A stretch of DNA of 24,077 nucleotides from a virus (taxonomy: Duplodnaviria; Caudoviricetes), in IMG/VR virus record IMGVR_UViG_3300044617_000445, positions 1 to 24,077 of that record, one strand, 5' to 3'. A program made the translations under genes and the position numbers. A model generated the notes under the pieces. The model was not told where the DNA came from, did not search any database, and was given only the letters and a program-made list of their open reading frames with translations. Positions 7,055 through 14,091 of this stretch are shown piece by piece. Each line of letters starts with the position of its first letter. The stretch's first letter is position 1.

Positions 7055-8242
7055 TTAGGAGCAGGACTGATACACGGTCGCAGGATTGCAACGCAGATGC
7101 ATGATCGCGTAACCCCACTCGGTGCGTTTAGGCTGGGAACCCTGCATGAACAGAGCGTAGAAGTAGCCAGTCAACCCAAGGATGTTGTTTGCGTTATCCT
7201 TGTTGTTGATCCAGACATACTCACCGCGATAGTTCACGGGGTCGAACTTCAGACCGCTGCCGGGGCTGGTGATCACCTGAGCAACACGCGATGTAAACAC
7301 ATGCGGGTTGTAGATGAAGCTAACCTCGTAAGGAGCGGTGCGGTAAGCCGGATTCACGACAGCTTTGTTGCCAGTAGTAGCAGGGCTGTTGGTGAAGAAC
7401 GGCACACGGACAAACTCTCCGTTGACGAAGTTGTAGCGAGGAGCCTGACGATCCACGATGTGGACGAAGCCAGAGTAGCTGAACGCTGCACCGAAGGGCT
7501 TGATAAGCTCGTCAACCTGCGAGGAGAAGCGCAAATCCTGACGGATGTCAGCATTCTGTTTCTTCAGGAAGTTGCTCGATTCAGGGGAGCAGATGAGCGC
7601 ATACTGAGGCTCACCGTCAACCATGGCGTAGTGACCTTCGGCAGAGTCGCGGGACAGATCAAGATAGAACTGATCCAGCATACCTTGATCCAAAGCGAAC
7701 TGAGGAGTGACGGCAGGGAAGTTCTGGTTAGAACCGCTGCTGGACATGCTGAGGGTATCAGCAACATCGAGAACAACTTTGTTGCCAACGAGACGAGAGA
7801 ACTCATCACGATAGCGGTTGCTCCAGAACCATTGGCTGTTCTCCTTGAGAACTTTGACTTCGCCAGCAAGCTGCTCTTCAGCCTTCCAAGCGGTGCGAAG
7901 ATCATTCACACAAAAGCCGGGACTGCGGATAGCTGCTTGTTGGAGGTTATAACTAGAAAGGGTGCGAGCAAAGTCAACCGTTTGAGGGGTTGGGTTGCAA
8001 GAGTTGCCAGTTCCGTCATTCGTTCCGACATCTTCCCAAGCGGAGTTACTGACATTGGGGACAGTAGAACGCTCTTGGATGAGGGTTTGAATGGTTTCAC
8101 CCATCCCAGCAGGGAAGGTGTCCTGTTTAATGAGGCGGTTCCAGACATCGGTTCCGATCATTTTTGCGCTGATCATTTCGCCAATACGGCCAGCTTCGGC
8201 TTGAAGCTGTGTATCGACATCAGCAAGATTGTATTGTGACAT
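7055..8242 (-). CDS. Major capsid protein #2 (podovirus-type)
   Basis: 395 aa; portal-scaffold-capsid gene order; 'QDTFPAGMGETIQTL' resembles HK97-fold coat N-terminal/E-loop segments; strong codon bias; flanked by hairpins. Confidence 0.8.
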   Translation of the reverse strand: MSQYNLADVDTQLQAEAGRIGEMISAKMIGTDVWNRLIKQDTFPAGMGETIQTLIQERSTVPNVSNSAWEDVGTNDGTGNSCNPTPQTVDFARTLSSYNLQQAAIRSPGFCVNDLRTAWKAEEQLAGEVKVLKENSQWFWSNRYRDEFSRLVGNKVVLDVADTLSMSSSGSNQNFPAVTPQFALDQGMLDQFYLDLSRDSAEGHYAMVDGEPQYALICSPESSNFLKKQNADIRQDLRFSSQVDELIKPFGAAFSYSGFVHIVDRQAPRYNFVNGEFVRVPFFTNSPATTGNKAVVNPAYRTAPYEVSFIYNPHVFTSRVAQVITSPGSGLKFDPVNYRGEYVWINNKDNANNILGLTGYFYALFMQGSQPKRTEWGYAIMHLRCNPATVYQSCS

Positions 8243-8269
8243 ATTTTAGATTTTCTAAATAGATTGTTA

Positions 8270-8433
8270 ATTGCAAGTCGCCATTACCGCATCTGCGGAA
8301 ACAGCATTTCTCTTATCTCCTCTGAGCCACTTGAGAAGTCCTTTCGGTGTTTTTAAGCTCACAATTATTTTACTATGATTGCGGAACACAGCCTCCGTGA
8401 TCTCTTTTTCAACAGGTTGATCAACCCTGCAAT
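8270..8433 (-). ncRNA. Candidate structured RNA in the 5' leader of capsid gene #2
   Basis: Closing stem AUUGCAGG/CUUGCAAU encloses several helices with G-U pairs that only form on the minus strand, and a CC-GAAA-GG tetraloop. Confidence 0.5.
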
Positions 8434-8437
8434 GTGA

Positions 8438-8466
8438 TCGTTAAAGTATTATCTGAAGTTATGCAA
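8438..8466 (-). promoter_or_regulatory. Possible sigma70-like promoter for capsid gene #2
   Basis: TTGCAT-N17-TAACGA immediately after the scaffold terminator and just before the structured leader; the -10 match is weak. Confidence 0.3.
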
Positions 8467-8474
8467 GTAAAAAT

Positions 8475-8518
8475 AACAAAAAAAGAGCGGAAGGTTTTAA
8501 TCCTCCCGCCCTTTTGTT
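8475..8518 (-). terminator. Rho-independent terminator after the scaffold gene
   Basis: Minus strand AGGGCGGGAGG-attaaaa-CCTTCCGCTCT followed by TTTTTTGTT. Confidence 0.8.
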
Positions 8519-8536
8519 AAAGTAAAAACTTTTACC

Positions 8537-9706
8537 TTACGACCTGATTCGGGAGACGAGTCCCTTAACAAAGTCGTCTGTATCTACTTTCGTATAATCC
8601 ACAGGCTTGTTTGCATCCGCAGGGGAACGAGGAGCAACCCCGCCAGCAGCAGGTGCAGCACCTCCGCGAATCTTCACATTCTCGTTGCGGACTGTTTCTA
8701 ATTCACTCTGGAGTGAAGTAATGCGATCAACCAAGTCTGGAAGGATGGCAGCACCAGCAATGCCGTAGACCTTCAAGTCTTCCGGCCATTTATCGTATCC
8801 CATGATCTCTTCTTGCAACTTCGCAATGTCTGGACGCTGGTCTTCAGGCAATAGATTAAACACCTTTTCGCTCAAACGAGGGATAACGGTGTTAACCGCA
8901 GTCTCACGCTGTGCAAAGTATTGTTTCATCTGTTGCTCTTGCTCGGCCTTTTCTCGCTCCGCAGATGCCTCGTATGCAGCTTTGGAATTAGATTCGATCT
9001 CTCCCTTGCGCTTCTGAATCGCAAGCAGATTGTCGGCAAGCTGGTAAACTTTTGTCTTATCTCGATCCGACCAGTCGGCAAGAAGTTGCTCTAATGCTTT
9101 AGGGTTGCCATTCACATCCGCCTCAAGAGCGTCCATGATGTCTCCGCCGTCAACGCTGTTACGACCTGCATAGAAGTCCACATCGTCAAAGAGTTGGTTA
9201 AGTGGTTCCGTTACGAACTTCTTATACTCTTTGCTTGCTTGAACCCGCGAAATGTAAAGCTCTCCGTCCAACGCTTCACGCTCTTGCTCAATCTCGGAGA
9301 TTTGCTCTTTAAGAGCTTGAACCTCTTGGGATGCTGTTTCAAACTCTTCTCCGCGCCTCTTTAATTCGGCAAGTTCTTTCTGCGCAAGCTTCAATTCTTT
9401 CTCGGCTTGTTTCAACTCTTTCCAACGAACTTTTGCGCTGTCGCCTTCTGGTTGAACCTCCTCTGCTTCTGTATTGGATTCCACTTTTTGCTTTTCAACT
9501 TCTGGAGTGGATTCCACTTTAGGCTGTTCCTCCTTGTTGATTGCGTGTGACGGAATCGGTGCGCTAGGATTTGGAGGACGCTCTGTTAAGTTCGTCTCCG
9601 TGTTGAGATCGTTGCGGGCAATGGAATCCAATGCTCCGCGAAGATTGTCGATTGCTATATTGGGCTGAACTGGAGCCTCAGGTGCTGGCGTTGCTTGGTC
9701 GGACAT
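8537..9706 (-). CDS. Capsid scaffolding protein
   Basis: 389 aa, acidic, disordered N-terminus, long coiled coils, short C-terminal helix; lies between portal and capsid; AAAGGAAAT upstream of ATG. Confidence 0.7.
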   Translation of the reverse strand: MSDQATPAPEAPVQPNIAIDNLRGALDSIARNDLNTETNLTERPPNPSAPIPSHAINKEEQPKVESTPEVEKQKVESNTEAEEVQPEGDSAKVRWKELKQAEKELKLAQKELAELKRRGEEFETASQEVQALKEQISEIEQEREALDGELYISRVQASKEYKKFVTEPLNQLFDDVDFYAGRNSVDGGDIMDALEADVNGNPKALEQLLADWSDRDKTKVYQLADNLLAIQKRKGEIESNSKAAYEASAEREKAEQEQQMKQYFAQRETAVNTVIPRLSEKVFNLLPEDQRPDIAKLQEEIMGYDKWPEDLKVYGIAGAAILPDLVDRITSLQSELETVRNENVKIRGGAAPAAGGVAPRSPADANKPVDYTKVDTDDFVKGLVSRIRS

Positions 9707-9721
9707 ATTTCCTTTCTTGGT

Positions 9722-9850
9722 TTATTTCTTGATGCCAGCACGGTGACGCTCACCCCAAGACTTGCCTTTTGTGGCAACGCTGGGCTTGCTGGACTTTGCT
9801 TGTTTGGCGGGCATTTTAGCGCCCATTGCTTTAGTGTTTGCTGTTTTCAT
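9722..9850 (-). CDS. Small Lys-rich basic peptide (42 aa)
   Basis: Start reassigned to ATG at 9850 (MKTANTKAMGAKMPAKQAKSSKPSVATKGKSWGERHRAGIKK); fills the gap between neighbours; AAT-ATG context. Confidence 0.6.
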   Translation of the reverse strand: MKTANTKAMGAKMPAKQAKSSKPSVATKGKSWGERHRAGIKK

Positions 9851-9854
9851 ATTT

Positions 9855-10223
9855 TTATTCTTGTTGGGTGTTAAGTTGTGAGAGCCTTTCAGCCTCGTTG
9901 ATTTCATCGATGGTGTATAAACCAGTCGAGAAAAGTTTCTTCCGTGCTTGCTGGATATATTCTTGATCCAGCTTGTTGTCTTTAAGCATTGGAGGATTCG
10001 CAAGCGATTGAAGCTTTGCAAAGAATTCATTTGCTCCGATAGACTTTCCAGCTTCAAGAGAAAGAACATCCTTAAGATTCTCTCCATTCTTTAGCACGGG
10101 TTCTTTTGGAGAGCATTCTTGTCGAACAATAAACAATGCCTCTTTGATTGTTGGATTATCTAAAAGGCTGGAAAGTATATCCAGTTTTTCAGAGTTCATC
10201 TGAAATAGTTGTCTTGGTGTCAT
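9855..10223 (-). CDS. Hypothetical protein downstream of portal
   Basis: 122 aa, helical; starts 3 nt after the portal stop, a position usually held by a small gene in P22/N4-like head modules. Confidence 0.75.
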   Translation of the reverse strand: MTPRQLFQMNSEKLDILSSLLDNPTIKEALFIVRQECSPKEPVLKNGENLKDVLSLEAGKSIGANEFFAKLQSLANPPMLKDNKLDQEYIQQARKKLFSTGLYTIDEINEAERLSQLNTQQE

Positions 10224-10226
10224 GTG

Positions 10227-12548
10227 TTAAGCCCTGATGCCTTCGCGTTGAATCTTACTAGCTGTTTCTGCGTCACGCAATGCCATTTTTTGAGCATTAT
10301 CCTGCTGACGCATAATCATCTTTTGTTGATGTTGTTGGAAGTCCATCTCCATCTTAGCCTGTCGTTCTGCACGCATAGCTTCAATCTTTGCAAGAATCTC
10401 TGGAGAAACTTGTGGGCCTTGCTGTTCAGCACCCGCTCCAATTGTTTGTTGCATGGCAGCTTCCTCTTGCATGACTTGCTGTTCGCCCATCAACTTCTGC
10501 ACCTTGAGTGTGCCGTTGTGAAGAATCTCGTCAGCGTTCTGCAATGCTTTACGGAAGAATGCAGACTGCTCACGCATCATTGGGTCTTGACCCAACCTAG
10601 CTACATGCTCAGACATGTGTTGATTGAGGTTGTTAAGTCCCGGCAACATTTCTGCAACTGACATTGGATCAACCGCCAACGCTTCTTGAGCTTGACCAAC
10701 AAGAGGCTCAAGCGCGGTAAGGTGGACTTTAGCGTGGACAAGATCGTTCTGTCCGTCGATGACTTGAATCTGACCGCCCTGCAAGAGTTGGTTGTTCTCA
10801 ACCTGAGCAAGTGATGCATCCCAAGTCGGTGTCTCGGTCTCACCCGGAGGCACAGCGTAGCGTGCTGCATTCTCGTAGCCAGCAGTCTCGGAAACAATAT
10901 CCCAAACAAGGTTCTGCTTTCCAGAGTCTGGAAGGCTTCCAAAGATGCCCATCAGTCGATCAAAGGCAACCATGCGGGCTGCTTCTGATCCGGCTCCTAC
11001 GGGCTTTGTAATGCGAAGGCGGTCTATATCTAGTTCGTAGAATGCTTGGAGGTAACGATCCTTCGCTCCAACACCTTCAGAGCCGCGCTGCAAAAGACGC
11101 TTGCGAAGATCGGCGATATACTTACCGCCGGGTTCGCGGGAATCGTAATCCCTGCGCTTCATTCGGCGGATCATCTCACGGATAAGTGACTCCCACGGAT
11201 CAAAGAACAAGTTGAGTGCAGAGACAGACATCTTTGCAATGTTGCTGAGTTCTGCGCGAACCTGAGTCGCAGACTTCTCTACGCTTGTATTAACCAAGCT
11301 TTCCGTATTGTAAGAGGCTGTTCGTTCGCGGAACAACTGTGTGAAAGCACTAACAATCGGTAGTGTTCCGTTAGAAACATTGGGAACTATAGTATCCTTA
11401 ATGACCTCAATACCGGGAGAAAGCAAATTATAGATTCCGTTCGGAATAAACTGCATTTCTTGCAATGCCGTCTCGTCTTTAGGTTGGAATGTAGGCGCAG
11501 AACCGAAGGATGCAATCTCCAGCAAAGAACAATATGCGCGATTCAATGCGCCGTTGATTGCAAAGACATCGTAGCCTTGTCCACGAACTCCGTGATAATA
11601 GCCGTTAGTCCCAACTCCGTAGGTAAAGATTGTATAAGCTTCATAGCTATTATTGAAACGACCCACTTTCTTGAATAAAAAATCTTGGACTCCATTGTCA
11701 TCGCAAATCATCATGTGCGAAACCTTTCCGTCAAATTCAGTTACCCAAAGATGGACAACACGAATAGATTGTTGGTTCGCTGCTTGGGTTGTGAAATAAA
11801 GATCGTTGTTGCGAAGCTCAACCTCCAACTTCTCCCAATCATACTGACGGAACTGGTAGTGGTTGTTGTTATTGTTTACCGAAGAGATGATAGCCTTACG
11901 GCAAGCCTCAACATTAAAGCCGTTGATTTGTGCGATCTCCTCGTCCTTGATGAGTTGGTAAAGTTGTGTTGGGCTGTAGAAGCGCAAGCAGGCTGCACAG
12001 TCAATGTTCTCCTGACCAATCTCCGTCTTACGAGGAAGCTTGAAATCAGACATATCTGTAGCCTTCCAACGCCAATCCCATTCGTCGTTGAATAGGGCGA
12101 TACCTACTCCGTGCTTGATGAAAGAGTTACAGAGACGCAGATAGGTTGGGAAGAAGTTGCGCCAAGAGCGGACTGCTGCCGTGACTTCTTGCGCGACAAC
12201 ATTCTCAAGCTCGTCACGCTCAACCATCGGCCCATACATTGTCGGACACGAAAAGAATGTTTGCGGAGCATTGATGATGTCTGTGTATCCAGCCATCGCT
12301 GTATCAAGGACTTGCTTTGCAAACCCCCAAGAAACATTAACTCGGTAGCCTTGCCCTGCGTTGATGAGTGCGCGCTCGTCGTAAGGCCGTTCGTTATCGT
12401 ATGCCGCGTCAATCTTAGAGCGGTCGTAAGCAGATACGGCATCTGCTCGTCGTAGTGTCTCCCAAACCTCATAGGCAGATTTTGCATCCTTGATGCGGCT
12501 TACCGGAGGCTTGCCGCTTTCTGAAATTGTTTGTAGCACATCACTCAT
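10227..12548 (-). CDS. Portal protein (podovirus-type with C-terminal Gln-rich coiled-coil barrel)
   Basis: 773 aa; size, position, 'SATQVRAEL' (cf. portal TATEV motif), 'YYHGVRGQG' and a long Q/E/M-rich C-terminal helix as in P22-like portals. Confidence 0.75.
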   Translation of the reverse strand: MSDVLQTISESGKPPVSRIKDAKSAYEVWETLRRADAVSAYDRSKIDAAYDNERPYDERALINAGQGYRVNVSWGFAKQVLDTAMAGYTDIINAPQTFFSCPTMYGPMVERDELENVVAQEVTAAVRSWRNFFPTYLRLCNSFIKHGVGIALFNDEWDWRWKATDMSDFKLPRKTEIGQENIDCAACLRFYSPTQLYQLIKDEEIAQINGFNVEACRKAIISSVNNNNNHYQFRQYDWEKLEVELRNNDLYFTTQAANQQSIRVVHLWVTEFDGKVSHMMICDDNGVQDFLFKKVGRFNNSYEAYTIFTYGVGTNGYYHGVRGQGYDVFAINGALNRAYCSLLEIASFGSAPTFQPKDETALQEMQFIPNGIYNLLSPGIEVIKDTIVPNVSNGTLPIVSAFTQLFRERTASYNTESLVNTSVEKSATQVRAELSNIAKMSVSALNLFFDPWESLIREMIRRMKRRDYDSREPGGKYIADLRKRLLQRGSEGVGAKDRYLQAFYELDIDRLRITKPVGAGSEAARMVAFDRLMGIFGSLPDSGKQNLVWDIVSETAGYENAARYAVPPGETETPTWDASLAQVENNQLLQGGQIQVIDGQNDLVHAKVHLTALEPLVGQAQEALAVDPMSVAEMLPGLNNLNQHMSEHVARLGQDPMMREQSAFFRKALQNADEILHNGTLKVQKLMGEQQVMQEEAAMQQTIGAGAEQQGPQVSPEILAKIEAMRAERQAKMEMDFQQHQQKMIMRQQDNAQKMALRDAETASKIQREGIRA

Positions 12549-13479
12549 CGCTTAAGTCTTTCTTTTTATCCCGAAACAACTGAAAGAAAGAGGGGGACTT
12601 CTTCGTAGCCTTTTGAGTCTCTTCTTTCTCCTCAAACTCTTCCGCTGCTTCTTCGGCGTCCTCAACGGACATCTGTTTAACTATCTTCATATCGTTTTGT
12701 TTATTGTCCAACAATAGGTTGATAAGACTTCCATCTTTGCATCCATGGACAAGAACAGCGTTCTCGTTGATCGGATTATTAAAATGAATATCCCAAGCTA
12801 AGTTGGCAATAGAATCACATACTATCTTTCCGTTTTCCATGCGATAGTTTTTTGTGCGCCAATTGTTTTGTATAAGATCAGAGTCAATTAAGGCCGGAAC
12901 ACAATACCATTGGTGGACCGATGCCCAATGACGAGTTGTTGTTGTGAGCGATGTAAGTGTAGGGGCTTTGCAAATCTCTGGTGGGTAAACTCCAACGGGA
13001 GACATGCGGCTTCCAGCAATGGATTCTGGAAGCAGTTCTCCGTTCTTTCCTTCGTAATTTCGTTCACGACTTCCGAGGAATTGTCGGGCTGCTCGTTTCT
13101 CGTAGACGGCATCTGTTGTATCTTTGTGGTATTCATAAGCGATCTTATCTAGCCAGCCATCTTTAATCGGCGTTGCATCAAGCTCAAACCAAAAGAACGG
13201 CTTATTGTTACCGGATGCGTTGAGGAAGTAACAAGTGTTCTGCCAGAAATGATTGCAAGCCATCGGCCATCCAAAGTTGTTGTCTGGAATAATGTGAGCC
13301 AATGAAGACGAGAACTTCGGTTTCAATCGCGCAGCAACATCGGAAGCGTCTGACTCAACTTCATGTGAGCCAACAACAACAAGATCGTGATCAGTTGTGA
13401 ATGAGAATTTATCAAAAGCTGCGTAAAGATTGGGAATGAGTTCACGGTCTGATTTGGATATAGGTATTACAAGTTTCAT
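12541..13479 (-). CDS. Putative GT-A-fold glycosyltransferase-like protein
   Basis: 312 aa; N-terminal 'LVIPIS' strand, 'FFWFELDATP..GWLD' DxD-like motif, late 'VLVHGCK'; 8-nt overlap with the portal start. Confidence 0.5.
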   Translation of the reverse strand: MKLVIPISKSDRELIPNLYAAFDKFSFTTDHDLVVVGSHEVESDASDVAARLKPKFSSSLAHIIPDNNFGWPMACNHFWQNTCYFLNASGNNKPFFWFELDATPIKDGWLDKIAYEYHKDTTDAVYEKRAARQFLGSRERNYEGKNGELLPESIAGSRMSPVGVYPPEICKAPTLTSLTTTTRHWASVHQWYCVPALIDSDLIQNNWRTKNYRMENGKIVCDSIANLAWDIHFNNPINENAVLVHGCKDGSLINLLLDNKQNDMKIVKQMSVEDAEEAAEEFEEKEETQKATKKSPSFFQLFRDKKKDLSDE

Positions 13480-13480
13480 A

Positions 13481-13837
13481 CTAGAAAAGCATAGAGAATG
13501 TTGCTGTGAATGTGATCGGCCTGCTTGGCTTCCGATCAGTTACGAACTCTTGGCAGTTTACTTTGCGCCAAACACGGCGAGGCATAAAGAAGCCATACTC
13601 GTAAATACCGCGAGAAATAATGATAATTTTAAAGCCAGCCCTTTCCAGTTTGAACTGCGATCCTTCCAATGCACGACGAATAGCGAGAGCCAGAGGGCTG
13701 TTAACGGGATCGTGTCGAGTGCCATTGTCATAATCTTCGGGTAGAACTGTTACCTCGAAAGTATAATCAGGACGCTGGGAGTCAACAAACTTTTCAGCTT
13801 GTGTCTTATCTAAACCCAATGCTTGAAGGAGCGTCAT
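13481..13837 (-). CDS. Hypothetical protein
   Basis: 118 aa; ATGA overlap upstream and 1-nt gap downstream. Confidence 0.7.
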   Translation of the reverse strand: MTLLQALGLDKTQAEKFVDSQRPDYTFEVTVLPEDYDNGTRHDPVNSPLALAIRRALEGSQFKLERAGFKIIIISRGIYEYGFFMPRRVWRKVNCQEFVTDRKPSRPITFTATFSMLF

Positions 13838-14010
13838 TGTTTTTCTAGTTTGCTTTTAACCTTTGCAAGTTGCTCGTCAAACCAATCGGTGACGGTCTTT
13901 CCTTGAAACGCGAGGTAGGCTTTAAAGAGTCGCCATTCGCTTTTACGACATTTAGTGATAACCCGATGTGTTCGGGGTTCCTTCCATTCTTCGCTGAATT
14001 CGTGTGCCAT
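13834..14010 (-). CDS. Small putative DNA-binding protein (ribbon-helix-helix-like), 58 aa
   Basis: Start reassigned to ATG at 14010. 'HRVITKC' strand then 'KSEWRLFKAYLAFQGKTVTDWFDEQL' fits the RHH pattern (helix-G-x-T-helix). Confidence 0.55.
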   Translation of the reverse strand: MAHEFSEEWKEPRTHRVITKCRKSEWRLFKAYLAFQGKTVTDWFDEQLAKVKSKLEKQ

Positions 14011-14091
14011 GCGGGGTATAAATATACACAAGGACATAAATGTTGCAACAATTATGTTGAAAAAAGAATGCTGTTCTTTCAACATGACCGC
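14011..14091. promoter_or_regulatory. Divergent promoter/operator region
   Basis: 81-nt AT-rich gap between divergent ATGs; perfect palindrome TGTTGCAACA (14041-14050); minus-strand TTGCAA-N16-TATATT; bulged inverted repeat ATGTTG(AAA)AAAGAA / TTCTTTCAACAT. Confidence 0.65.

Noticed and set aside
7097-8239. 380-aa plus-strand ORF antisense to capsid gene #2
   Set aside because: It is in exact codon register with the capsid gene and arises from avoidance of TTA/CTA/TCA codons; it stops at the capsid's Ser2 TCA codon; the translation has no recognisable motifs.
9851-10087. N-terminal part of the 121-aa ORF 9722..10087
   Set aside because: Overlaps the 9855..10223 gene in another frame; only the part from ATG 9850 fits the gene packing.
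13870-14091. 74-aa N-terminal extension of terL given by the ORF track
   Set aside because: TTG start overlapping the divergent 58-aa gene and the palindromic control region; ATG 14092 is more plausible.
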